The notes below the pieces were generated by a model that had not been told where the DNA came from, searched no databases, and saw only the letters and a program-made list of their open reading frames with translations. From assembly GCF_000315625.1 (NCBI RefSeq), contig NW_005434638.1:567659-631658 (forward strand): a stretch of DNA of 64,000 nt, read 5' to 3'. Below, one piece after another: positions 8,793-20,829 of this stretch (positions are counted from its first letter, which is position 1; each line of letters begins with the position of its first letter). This DNA is from Guillardia theta CCMP2712 (lineage: Eukaryota; Protista; Cryptophyta). The translations under genes and the position numbers were made by a program.

Positions 8793-10942
8793 GTGTTCCA
8801 GAACACGTTTCGTCGAACAAGGCGAGAGACGGGGGAGGAGCGAGCCAAGGTTGAGGTTGAGGAGGAGGCCCCACAAGCAAGTGGTCAACGGGAGGCCCAC
8901 CAAGACCATTTTGTAGAGTTGGATCAGCTACACAATCATGGGAGGAGAAACCAGCTTCGCGAGAAGCAGAAGCAGCTTCCCAAGAGGAACAAGGATCCGC
9001 ATCGCAAGGAGGAGGGGGAGGAGGGGGAGGAGGGGGAGGAGGGGGAGGAGGAGCTTCGCAAGAAGAGGGAGCAGCTTCACAAGGAGAAGGAGGAGGAGCT
9101 TCGCAAGAAGGAGGAGGAGCTTCGCAAGAAGGAGGAGGAGCTTCGCAAAAAGGAGAAGCTTCGCAAGAAGAGGGAGCAGCTTCGCAAGAAGAGGGAGCAG
9201 CTTCACAAGGAGAAGGAGGAGGAGCTTCGCAAAAAGGAGGAGGAGCTTCGCAAGAAGGAGAAGCTTCGCAAGAAGAGGGAGCAGCTTCGCAAGGAGAGAG
9301 AGGAGCAGCTTCGCAAAAAGGAGGAGGAGCTTCGCAAGAAGGAGGAGGCCCAGCTCCGCAAGGAGAACCTGGTTTTGAGGCAGATTCCGTCATCTGTAGA
9401 GCGAGGGATAGCTTGGGAGGAGTCAGAGGCGGGGCTTGATCGCATGGGCTTTTGCGAGCAGAGAAAGTGCTTCCGCCTCGATAGCTCGTACTTATCGATG
9501 GATGCAAGCCATGTCAGCAACCAGGAGCTTTTTCTCTACTGCCGAGAAGCCTTCACGAAGCAGCAGAGCTTCCTGAGAGAGCGAGTGCTGGAGCAAGGCG
9601 CTCTGGGCTGGATCCAAGGGCCGCCAGGTACAGGGAAGACGACTACGACGCTAGCGTTCTGCCTGTCGCTGGACATGAAAGAGTGGATGGTGACTTTTCT
9701 CAGGCTGAAGCCTGTACACATCTACTGCATGCAAGTGGTGGACGGGAGGCGAAGATTTTGCAAGATCTTGTATAGCTCTGCAGCTGAGGGGTGACGGGAG
9801 GCTTTTGCAGGGCGCGAGGGCAAGAAGCATGTGGTAGTACTAGATGGTTTCCTGAGACAGCAAGAAACTCATCAAGGCGTGTATCGGAGTGTCTGGTATG
9901 GCGTGATGCAGACCAGCAACATCGACGGCTGGCTGTCGTAACATCGATGTCATCTCGGGGGAAGGTGTACATAGAGTGGGATCAAGAAATGAAGCTTGAG
10001 ACGCATAAGGTTGTTTCCTGGACGCTCGATGAGTACCTGCAGGCGGTGCAGCACGACGAGCTGTATGAGCAAGTGAAGCCCTTCTTGGAGATGGATGTGG
10101 AGGTAGGATGGATGCTAATCACGACATGGGATGGGCAAGAGACGAGAGAGGAGCGGGTCGCAAGGAAGTACTATCTCGCCGGGGGCTCATGTCGGTTCAT
10201 GTTCCAGACAACCGTGGCCAATGTGAAAAAGGCATTGGACGACGCCATTGAGAGTGGTACGAACCTGGAGACCGTCCTCCAGGGCAACGTAGGAGAGTTT
10301 TCGCCGCAAGCTATCAACCGGTTGATAGCATACGTCGAGTTTGGAAGTAAGAGAAGCTGGTTGCCAGTGAGCAAGTATGTTGCAAGTACGCTTGCGGCGC
10401 GTACTGCAGAATCGACTTTGAGGCAGTTGGCTCTTAGTTATGGCATTGGAAATCCGGGCGTGAAGGAAAGTCTTTTCGAGATGCTTTTCTTCAAGAAGAT
10501 GGAAGAAACAGGGTTGAGTGTGACTTACCGTGGCCCGAGACAGACCGAGAGCTGGGATCGATGTCTTGTGGTGAATTTCTCATCATTGCAAGGCATCAAG
10601 ACGCTTCCTGCGCAAAATACGTGCTTGAGGCCCATTAGCGCGTTTCAGGGAGGATATGACGCAGTGATGGTCGACCAAGAGAAGCGGAAGGTGATGTTTG
10701 TACAAGCAACGATCGCACAGAAACACTCTTTCAAACTCTCTTTCTTCTTGAAGGCTCTGAAAGCGCTTAACATCCCGGAAGGTGGGGGGTGGAAGGTGGA
10801 GGTTGTTTTCCTGATTCCGGTTGAGGAGCTTGCAAGGTTTGAGATCAAACCCATCGAAGACAGCGGGGCGCTAAAGGATTACGAATGGAAGAGAGGAGAG
10901 GAGGAAATGCAAGCAGAAGTAGCAGGGATTTCTATCTTGTAG
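8793..10942 (+). pseudogene. Crinkler/RHS-type (CR) effector-like gene: coiled-coil repeats, P-loop NTPase and PD-(D/E)xK REase; two frameshifts
   Basis: Walker A WIQGPPGTGKT. Walker B (KKHVVVLDGF) lies in a third frame at ~9799-9885, between ORFs 8793..9794 and 9791..10942. Also YYLAGGSCRFMF, and C-terminal FQGGYDAVMVD...FVQATIAQKHSFKLSFF, typical of CRN REase domains. Confidence 0.75.
9009..9365 (+). repeat. Degenerate ~21-bp coding tandem repeats (gaggaggagcttcgcaagaag; EEELRKK)
   Basis: Directly visible; produces shadow ORFs in other frames. Confidence 0.9.
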
Positions 10943-11126
10943 TCAGGGAGATCCTTAGAGAGGAGAGGTCACATGCCGAAGAACATCGTTTCTTGAGGCA
11001 CGCATGGAGGTAGCCAAACCCCTTCACAGTTATGCGGCTGATGTTTGTGAAGAGTAAAGTCTCGGACATGTGAAGAACAGGCTTTCACTGGTCATGTTGT
11101 TCCAATCGAGACGCAGCAGTTCTTCG

Positions 11127-11602
11127 TCATCCGTCTCCTTTCATGCCGAGGCTGAGAGCCAAGTGCCTACTTGTCATTGAAGCTGGTGCCCAGATGACTT
11201 TATTCGTGCTCGCGCCGGCGCAAGGCACACTCAAACATCTACTCGAGCGTTTGTCCGTTGAGGGTACTCCATGGAAGGCTGCAGCAGGATTCGATGGAAA
11301 GGTCGCCACTTTCCGCTCTTCTTTCCTTGCATCATCATTGACACGACGGTGAAGGTTGTACACTGCGACTGCAACAAGTTCAAGCAGCTCTGTTCCTATG
11401 TGACAGCGTGCTTGCTCTGGTGCTTGCTATCTTTATTTATGACTAGCTGTTTGTCCCGGCGATGCCCGGGAAAGAATTGACAAAGTCCGAGGGTTGTTGA
11501 AATGCTGGATGTAAATATACACCACGGTTCCATTTTCTCATCAGCACAAACGCATGAGATGATCGTGACCGCTTTTAGAGGTGATGCTTGGAAAAGTCTC
11601 AC
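11127..11602 (-). mobile_element. Possible highly decayed pogo/Tigger (DDE_1) transposase remnant
   Basis: VTIISCVCADEKMEPWCIF resembles TV..C..A.G...PP..IF; NKVIWAPASMTSRHLALSLGM resembles P...TS.LQPLD.G. The pieces are in the expected order, but catalytic Asp residues are not retained. Confidence 0.3.
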
Positions 11603-12384
11603 ACTTCCTCACACCCAACTCGATGTTTAGACACCTGTCTAAACTGAGAATGCACTGTGTTGCGTGACCCTTCAAAAACTGATCTCTGTTCTGAGTCTCC
11701 TCTGCCCAGGAGCATCTGTGTCCTTCCTACACAATTGATCATTCTTCCTTCCTCTTGGATCCTTCATCATCTGCTCCTCAAAAATTTTATTGTCTTGCTG
11801 TCCCTTTCCTCGACTCTTGTCAATACTGATCAATCTGAAAACTGAAATTTTTCTCTTGACCTGTAAGGATTTTTGCAGTCGTGCATACGAAGGAAATCAA
11901 TCTTGGAACAATTTAAGCATATTACTCTGTTTTTATGTTGGGTTGCAAATATTCTGAGATTTGAAGATGAAGCCTCTTGAGGAAAACAAATTCTGCATCC
12001 TGCAACTCTGTTCAAAAGGATGATAGAAAAAACATTAAGTTGAGATGTTACCTGACGGAATAATATACACAGAACTTGAAGTTCAACATGTTAGCACCAC
12101 TGCTTAAAAACTGCTGCAAATTCAGTGAGTAAGGTAACGTAGTTCAGTGAATATTAAGTCCCTACAGAGGAGTGTTCACAATTCGGGAAGAACCTGAACC
12201 TAAGTAACTTTCCCAGCCACCGTCACATCTGGAGGAATGGCTGGTTGCTGAGAAGAGTGTCATGCAATATAGCCTAACATAACTTCATGCACATCACCTC
12301 AGGTCAAAGAAGACCGATATGTCATTTTAATTTCGCTCCTCTTCTGTTTCCGTGCAGATTGGGGGGGCTGTTTTCCTTCCACTT

Positions 12385-12443
12385 CTGTCGCCCTGGCGAT
12401 GCATGCTGTCGCCCTGGCGATGCATGCGATGCGATGCATGCTG
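12385..12443. repeat. 21-bp tandem duplication (ctgtcgccctggcgatgcatg)x2 with gcgat/gcat decay
   Basis: Directly visible. Confidence 0.8.
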
Positions 12444-15033
12444 TTATGAACATTCAAAACTGATGGTTACGTGAAAAGTCCGGCTAGATGCAAGTGGGAA
12501 CATACCTTGAGAGGGCGGAGCATGAAGGAAAGATGCTGGTGCGCGGACTGCTCGAATTGTTCAACGAAGTTGGAGTTGACTGAGAACCTTGTAACAAATT
12601 CCTGTTCAAATGGAAGAGGTTTTCAGATTTCTTTTTAGAGAGTTTTGTTTTTTTAGCGCCGAGACCTTCGGTTACAAATTTTGTAGGTGCAAAGGCTCGC
12701 AGCCTTGTAGGATATGCACGAAGTAGAGAAGAGAACAAGAGAAGAGAAGAGTAGGTCAGTATATCTGTATCATTCTAATGGTGAGCTCAGGTGCCTCCTT
12801 TTGAATAGTGATTCTCCCGATCAGATCCTCAAGAATGTCTGATCAAGGTTCTACCGTCGTTTCTTGATTGAGATATAACAAATCCTTCAGGTACCGTTGG
12901 AGTGTCAAAGAAAGAAAGCTCTAATGAATTCCCACATCATTAGTTCCACCTAACTGAAAACCTGCACCGCCGGGCACTAGCCCCACAGCCGCCGCGTGAC
13001 CGGCACGTCACTTAAACTCAAGTCAGAATCTTCAAATTCTGAGTGGCGTCGGTGTCGACCGTAAACCCTTGCAGACTCGTCAGGGACGCGAATACGAACG
13101 GTTGAGGAAAGGATATTGGCAAGAAAAGATATTGGCAACACTTCACAGAATTCCCAGCTACCAGCAAAGTATCTTTGTCAGCGTTGAGGAATTCATCAGT
13201 TGATAGAAGCCTTGGAACATGCTGCGCTCGACGCCGGGATGATTGCGACTGACCTCATCGCCCTTCAGGAAATTTATACGACAGATGGAACAGTCTTGCC
13301 ATTACACAGTCGGAGCAATGTGGTACACCGGACCATGGCTCATACCGCACACACAGTGCACGTGACAGAGAAAAGGTCACCATGTCCAATGTACCACTCC
13401 AGTTCAGCATGGGCAGTGTTCCAAGAAATATATCGCTTCACAATCAATAAATCCTTAGATAAACAACAAGCAGACTGCTAGCGAGTAACTTCTCTCTGCA
13501 GTGACTAATTTTCCGAAACGAAGTGACAGAGATGTAAAGTATCACTTTCGTTCGAACAAGAAATGAGTGCAGACACAGCAGCAACTTCGTTGTCCACGTT
13601 TCATATCTTGTTATTCCAACTAGCGTGAGAAATAACCTCGATTTTTTTTTCTTTTTGATGGCGATTTTCAATTGTTGTACGATGCAGGTTATGTCTTGCG
13701 CGAGCCATAAAGATATTTGAGAAGTAGTAGCCTGCAAAACCTAGCACACAGAGACAACAAATCTTGCAGTTTCCCCATCGTCTTCGGGCAATCAACCGAA
13801 ATACAAAACTCTGCAGAAAACTATGGTGAAAGACTCAACGACAAGATAGACAACAATGGACCAACCTGACCCAGAACCTGACCTTTCCTGTACAAGACAT
13901 TATGGCGTGTACTACCTCTCTTCTCTTTCTTCTCTCAATGCTGTCTGTATCGCTTTCTTGCTGCATAACCTTCTTGCCCATCTGCTACATCGCACCAATC
14001 AGCGTGACCATCTCTGATCCGGGCCTTGTAACTCATGTCCCCAGGTTTTTTTCCATTTTTTTCCGGAGTAACGTGACTTTTCAATGGTCATGGTTTTCAT
14101 AACATGATCACCAAGCAGTAACGTGATATTTCTCTTTAAAACACATTTAGTATGTCATCACTCACGAGATCATAGACGTGCACCTGGACGAAAGCCTTCA
14201 GTCACGTTACCTCAAAGCAAATACAACAAAACAGTCACGGCATGGTATCTGCTCGGCGATCTCCCGCCACAAGGGGCGAGGGACGCGGGGGTGGTGAAAA
14301 AGCTAGAGAGCTCTAGGTGGAAGGGGGTCATGCGACCCGAGGGTCCTCGAGGGGCGTCACCTCAACGAGGTTGTCATGATCTATTCGACGGGGTGGAGGT
14401 GAGAGAGGGTGTAAATTCATATCCCCTAGTTCTGGGGTAGGGTGGCTCGTAGCGGGAACGGTCAGTACCGGTGGTGGGGAAAAGTCATAGGTCGGCGGAC
14501 ACTCCTTGGTTCATGCGGATGAAGTTTTTGTATAAAGTTTGAAACACTAATAGAGATTTTTCAATTTGAAGTGAAAATTACAGGCGTTCGTAACAAAGTG
14601 TTCGATCCGACACCTGGTAGGAAGGGCACAGTAGTGGCGACGAATGTGGCGGGGGCGGAAGGGATTTTCTCAGGGTGGGGTCAGAGTGCGATATTCTTGG
14701 GGGTGGGGGTAGTTTTTTAATTGAAGGAACACCCGGAAGTGGGGTGGGGTCCAGGCACTTTCGGTCCGACTATCGTCGGTGGCTGAGGATGCGAGAGACC
14801 TTACGAATGGCGAAACGGCGAGAGCGAGCAGACATGGCGTTTTAGTGTTGCGGCGCACAGACCGTTCTCTTTGGTGTTGAGGTAACTCGAAAGATCTGTT
14901 GGAACTCAAGGCGCTCAAAGCCTTACACTCAAAGTGGTTCAGTTTCGTGGTGGCGTATGATGGTTTGACGGTGTGCGTGCGTTTTGATACCATACACATC
15001 TAACTCTTTCCCGCTCTCTCGTTGAACTCTTCA

Positions 15034-15804
15034 ATGCCAAATCGCCACTTTGCGATTTCGTATGATACTCCTCATGCGAACAGAGAAACAGTTGATGAAG
15101 TAGATAGGATCCTTGGGCTGCAAACCAATGGAATCTGCAGAGCGAGAGTGATGGCAAGGACGCCCGATCAACGGGTACAGCTGACGGCATTTAACGAGTT
15201 TCCGGATCCAGAAACAGAGTCAAGATATCGCAAGTACTTCATGGAGTCTGGGCTCCTCGATTCCGATTTTGTTTTCTTCAAAGTACTGGTTTTCTTGGGA
15301 ACGTTCTACAACATCTCGATGGCTTTGTTCCGATGGGGAAGGGGTCCTTCGAATCGCATGACAGATATCTTTGTCTACGTCAGAGTGGTGCTTATCCTCC
15401 TTGGCTGGTGGATCATCATCAGGTGGCAGTATCTGCCTTTGAGATGCCGAAGGCTTATCAGCCAGTTCCTGAGAACTTTGATGGTTGCCCGCGTCTTCAT
15501 GCACTTCTGCGAGAACTACTACGCGAATTTCACAGTGGATGCAAACATTGTCTTTACGACTCTGTACTGCCTTGGATCGATCGTCTTCTCCACGACATGG
15601 CTGGGCCATCTCGCCTACACGATTCCGGTCTGCATGTCCAGGCACGGTATGCTGCTTTTGAAGCGTGGGGGATCTCTTTCAATCCAAGAGCTCCCAAATT
15701 TCGCTGTCCTGTTTGTCCTGATGGTTGGATTTGCGTTTGCCGCTTACTTTCTGCATGGTCGGAAGAGGCGAAAGTTCGCTTTGATATGGTGCAAAGGTCA
15801 GTGA
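15034..15804 (+). CDS. Single-exon multi-pass membrane protein resembling an adenylyl-cyclase membrane anchor, with no catalytic domain
   Basis: ~256 aa from the first ATG; NEFPDPETESRYRKY precedes 5-6 hydrophobic segments; ends HGRKRRKFAL. Confidence 0.6.
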   Translation: MPNRHFAISYDTPHANRETVDEVDRILGLQTNGICRARVMARTPDQRVQLTAFNEFPDPETESRYRKYFMESGLLDSDFVFFKVLVFLGTFYNISMALFRWGRGPSNRMTDIFVYVRVVLILLGWWIIIRWQYLPLRCRRLISQFLRTLMVARVFMHFCENYYANFTVDANIVFTTLYCLGSIVFSTTWLGHLAYTIPVCMSRHGMLLLKRGGSLSIQELPNFAVLFVLMVGFAFAAYFLHGRKRRKFALIWCKGQ

Positions 15805-15921
15805 CGAGGGGAGAAGGGAAGAAATTCGGGGCAGGATCGATGTGTTATAAAGTGGGGAATAGTACAGAGAAGAATGTTGTAACAAATGCATGATGTAAAT
15901 AAACCTTGTATCAGAGATGAA

Positions 15922-18194
15922 TTACATCATGGCAGGATGAGAGGGCCGAAACTTTGTATTCCTGTTGAACTCGGCATCACGAAGAGGTGAAAACAAGCAG
16001 ATTTGCGCCACGAACCTCCTGGTTTCCAGGATGAGGTGACAGCAGGGGTAGCTCAGTCATGAGATTCATGGTCACGGATTCTACAAGTCTGTCATTTGCT
16101 CCATGTATGTGCTGGAAGAAAAAAGAGATGGTTTTGACAAGTTGACGATTCTCATGCCGTTTATGAAGAGTGCATCAGTGTGTTTGTAGAGGTTCATTTC
16201 TCGTGCTGCTATATCTCGATCGGTCGATCTACAGAATCAATACGGAACCCAGTCTCGTTCAACTCCCAGCGCAGAAACTCCTCCTCCCTTGCCGTCTCCT
16301 CCCGTGCACTTGCAATCTGCCAAGAACACCAGAGTTACCTCAAGATCCCTTCCTCCTCTCCATCCTTCATTTCACCCTCTTGGTCCACAGATTCCGTGCA
16401 TTTTCCGTTGTAGCCACGAGCTCCCAATCACCTCCATGAACCGTCCGCAGCTAAATAGGAAAGTGTTGGTTTCGCGCCGGAGGGCGGATGAGGTGGAGAA
16501 GTTGGACAGCATGTGGGAAGGAGGAGATTCAGAGCCGTGGAGGGAAGGAGGGTGCGAGGCGAGGAGTAAGAGGAAAGAAGAGCAGGGAGTCTTGATCCTG
16601 CACCTTGAAAGCGCAAGGGTTGATGGTCCTCTCGTAGTCTCTGAATCGCTCTCCACGAGACAAAAACTCCTCCCTCAGGTCATAGCGACGCTGGCAGATA
16701 GCATTCCTGTCCTCCCTGGATGCAGAGGAGGCTCAGAATGGCTGACTGGACCCTGTCTCCTCCCTCCCTTACTCTCTCAGAGTCGAGACCTGACAGAAAA
16801 CAATCTCTTCCATCTGTAGAGTCTCTTCACATCGCAGCAGCCGCGCGCCTTCGCGACTTCGGTGAGCTGGTCCCTGTCGTTTTGGAACATGTGAGATGCA
16901 AGAAGGGGCAGAAGAGCAAGGACTCGACCTTGACCAGCACCAGCTTCCAGCGAGATCCCTCCAAGTTTTCTGGAAGGAACGGGGCAAAATCGTCACTTCA
17001 ATTTGTGCGTGCAGAGGTTCATACACACCAGCAATCTCTCTGGGAATCAATTTGCTCTCCAGCGTGAGAGGCATCTGCACTGGCCTGGAACAGACACAAA
17101 GGAAGAGAGAGCGTTTGAGCTGAGTAGCAAAGAGTGGTTTTGGCATGCAAGACCTGAGCGCCATGAAGATTTCATCCCAACTTGTAGGATCGCCTTGCAC
17201 TCTCTCGAACAGTACTCCCTGCATCTGTAGACCTTGCAGGCCTGAAGACCCGAGCATGTCAGAGCTGCTGCGGAGAGATGAATTCTTACTTGTGGGAAGG
17301 GGCAGCGTTGGATCGAAGGCAACGCCGAACTGATAGGATCCAGGTGAAAGAGCCAAGGCGCGATCCGTCATGGGACTTGATTCCGGGGTTGCAGAAAACC
17401 CCTCCTGACTAGTGTTGATCTCCAACCTGGCTTTCTCCTTGTGAAGAGGTGAATCGTTTCGCTGGCTATCAAGATTGTCCTTGGACGTTCTGGTCTGCAA
17501 ATCTGTGAGAGGACGGCATGTCAATGAACCAAGAATTACTGAGGCTTCCTTCAGGTACAATTCCACATCCTTCGCTCCGCAGTCTATTGCCACATCCAAA
17601 GGGGAGAGACCATGGTGATCTTCGATGTAAGTTCGAGCCCCCAGTGAAACCAAAAGCTTTGCTATCCTGATAGAGCAGTCAGACAAGAGAGTTGTTCGGA
17701 ATCATTCGAAAACTTACGTGACTTTATCAAAGTCCGCACAGGACAATACGCAGAGATGCAGTGGGGTTTGGCCATGGATATTTTCTGATACAGCATGGCC
17801 TTAGGGAGGTTAAGTCCGCACATAGCTTCAGACTTACGGCAATTCACGTCAGCCTTTCTTTCAAGTACCAAGGCTTTAATCTCATTCGCACTTCCTCTCA
17901 CAGCAGCTGAATGAAGCGCCGTGTTACCGTGTCTCATCTGTTTACGAGATCCAATCAGACACATGGGCGTCAGCTAAGATACGCACTTTGATGGCTTCAA
18001 CGTTGCCGTTTATGCTCTCCGCCGGCTTATCCCTGGAAGATTCCTCACCTGAAGCAGAAGTGTTAGAACCATAAAATGTTCTTGTCTTGTTCTGAGTTCT
18101 TCTAAACGATTTCCCCTCTTCCCATCTAAACCTTCTCTCAAAGGCTCAAATTTTCACGGCTGGATACAACCTTGTTCTCTAATCGGCTCGCCAT
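15922..18194 (-). CDS. Ankyrin-repeat protein with coiled-coil C-terminal region, multi-exon
   Basis: HGNTALHSAAVRGSANEIKALVLERKADVN, GQTPLHLCV, IAKLLVSLGARTYIEDHHGLSPLDVAID; probable start MASRLENK. Ends approximate. Confidence 0.7.
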
Positions 18195-19032
18195 GCTACT
18201 ACCCTCTTCTATCTCCACCTCCGTCTCCCTCATCTACCCCTCCCCTTTGTTCCGCTCTCCTCCCTCTGCCCCCTCTCCCCCCTTCTCCTCTCCATGCTCG
18301 CAACCTCATCTCCTCCCCTGTTCCTCTCAAAACCTGTATGCTCTTACTGTTCCCCTCCTCCTCTCCCTCTCTCGCTTGCAACTTACATCCGCAGCCTCCC
18401 GACGCTACTGCGCCCATAGCGCGAAATTTGACTCGGGGAGGGGTAGTATGAGTAGTCGCACATCAAATGTACCGGTAGTGGATCGTTTTTCTCCGACGAT
18501 ACCTCATCCGATGTATACTTCGGATGGGAATAGGAGGGGTCACAAAGGGTCTCCTTCGGAGTTCCGTAGGGTGGGGTGTAGATTCAACTGGTGCCCCAGG
18601 GGGTAGCCAACAGATATCTCCGACAAATGACAGCTCTGTTTGAAGTGAGGAAGAGAGAGGAGGGAGGGAGAGAGGGAGGGAGGGAGGGAGGGAGGGAGGG
18701 AGGGAGGGAGGGAGGGAGGGAGTGGAGAAGAGTGAGGGAAGAAATAAGAATGAGGGCAGTTTTCTTTCCGGTCTTTTCGTCCTTCTATATTTTGCCTGTG
18801 GTGAACCTCGAGCAACAGAAATGTCACGAAAACTCACCCTTCTCCTATCTCTCCACACTTTTCTCTTCTCTTCATACTCCTCCCCCATACAGGAAAGTAA
18901 CAGTTCACAACCACAAACAGCATCAGAAGTGAAAGCATTGTATCTGAATACAAGGATCGCACCAGCCCCCCGCCCTCGCTGCGTCTTCCCTTCCTGCTCC
19001 TCTTCCTCGTACAGTCCATATCCCCCGACAAG

Positions 19033-20500
19033 TCATGCCGCTGGAGCGGAGGGGAATAGCGGCTCGACGCTGTGCCAGATGATGCCAAAGAAGGGACTCT
19101 TGGAGCTGGAGACGGAGATCAGAAGGGCTGAAGAGAGAGAGGGAGAAAGAGGAAGGGACCCTGCAGCATCATCTTCGTCTCTGCCGTCCTCAAAGGTTGT
19201 TGCATGATGTGAGGTTGAACTATCGTCTTGTCCGACTATCTCCGTCTCCTCCACGCGGAACAATCGCATAAACTTTCGAAGGGCTGGCAGCCTGCAGCAA
19301 GTGAGGAGGAGCTGAGGGAACAGGTGGAGCAAAGGCAGGTGGAGCAAGAGGAGCAAGAGGAGCAAGAGGAGCAAGAGGAGCAGGTGGCGGAGGGTGAGAA
19401 GGAAAACGCACGATGCATTCTTGCTTTCCCATACGATCAGCACGCCTGTCGGAGACAACCTCCGTATACAGCTTTCGGCCTCAAAATCAGCGATTCGAGC
19501 AGCTGGGAATCGACAACAACCCGACAAGGCTGGCTCTGACGTCGTTTGCTCCGCTGCTCTGCGATATGGCAAAATCAAACTTCCCACCCTCAGGTATGGT
19601 GAGCAAGAAAGTTACGACAAGTCGAAGGGTCCCATCGGCAGGATGCATGGTCCAGACCCTTCTGCCTGTAATTATCTTCTTCTCTGACGCTACACAAGGA
19701 TCAGCTCCTGCTCTTTTCTCTCATCCTCGCTCACCCCTGATGGTGCTGGCGACAAACTCTCCTCCTTGTCGATCCACGCGGAGAAAGAAGCTCTCGCTTC
19801 CTGCTCATCTCGTCACTTCCCGCTTTTTCTCATGAGGCCGCATGCTCGCACCCATCTCTGCTACCCACAGCCCCGGCAGCTGCGACATGTCGGCGACGTC
19901 GAGGTCTTCCTTCCCTGCTACGTGACGCGGAGCATGCGAGTTGGTTTCATTCGGAAGGATGGTGCCATCGTCACTCCCGCTCCCTCTTGCGTCCTCCTCC
20001 TGCCTTGTCTTCGCCTCTACCTCCTCCCTTCCTCCCCCCGCCTCTTCCTCCTCTTCCTCCTCCCCCTCCTGTTCCACCATCTCATCCTCGAACCAGGGGT
20101 CTCCTTCCCCTTCCTTATCTTGAGGGGTGAAGAACCAGCCGAGGTGGGCAAGGCAGCCCTTGCAGGCGACGCACTGCCATGCGAACCCCGGGTACCACGA
20201 GTGTCGAAGCACTCTCCTGCCGTAGATGAGGGAGTTGACAACCCTCCTCGTCCTCAAGACCTCGAACGACGAGCCGTGGGGGTTGACCAGCACCTGCGTC
20301 TGAACATGCTGATCGTTGCCGACCGGGCGGTTACGTCGCTCATGGGCGAAGGGAGAAGTCATGGCACGCATGCTGGTCGATGTTGTGACCTTCTTGCCGC
20401 ATTCGGCGCATGTGAGCCAGGCTCCAGGAGCAGCGAGCGGTCTGTGGGCAGAGCAGAGGAGGAGGAGGACAGAGAGTTGGCGCGACAGCCTTGCATGCAT
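19033..20500 (-). CDS. Signal-peptide-bearing cereblon-like CULT (thalidomide-binding) domain protein with a large insertion, multi-exon
   Basis: MHARLSRQLSVLLLLCSAHRPLAAPGAWLTCAECG...LVNPHGSSFEV...HSWYPGFAWQCVACKGCLAHLGWFF: both CxxC Zn pairs, NPHG and the three cage Trp residues are present. A closing strand-like FFGIIW lies near 19075-19095. Confidence 0.85.
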
Positions 20501-20829
20501 TAGAAGCGGAGAGCAGGTAGAGGGAAGGGGGAGGAGGACGGGAGCGAGCCCAGCAGGAGGCGGCGAAAGACAGTGGGAGGTGGGATGGGAGGCAGTCGGG
20601 GAGCTCTGCTGGAAGCGGACCAGGACAGGAAGCCGGTCAGCGGTAAGGCATGCTTCAGGTGCAGGGAGGGGAGAGGGGGAATTACAAGAGTTTGTCGGAA
20701 TTTTGTTGACGGAAGGGGTCGAGTCCATGGTCAGGGGGAGTTGACGGGGAGGGGACGGAGTTGACGGGGAGGGGAGGAGCTGGAGAAAGTAGGGGGGAGG
20801 AGAAGATCACAAGGTGTCTAGATATGTCT

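Noticed and set aside
8623-9520. Antisense and alternate-frame ORFs (CEAPPP, LLAK, SFARRR repeats)
   Set aside because: Shadows of the EEELRKK coding repeat.
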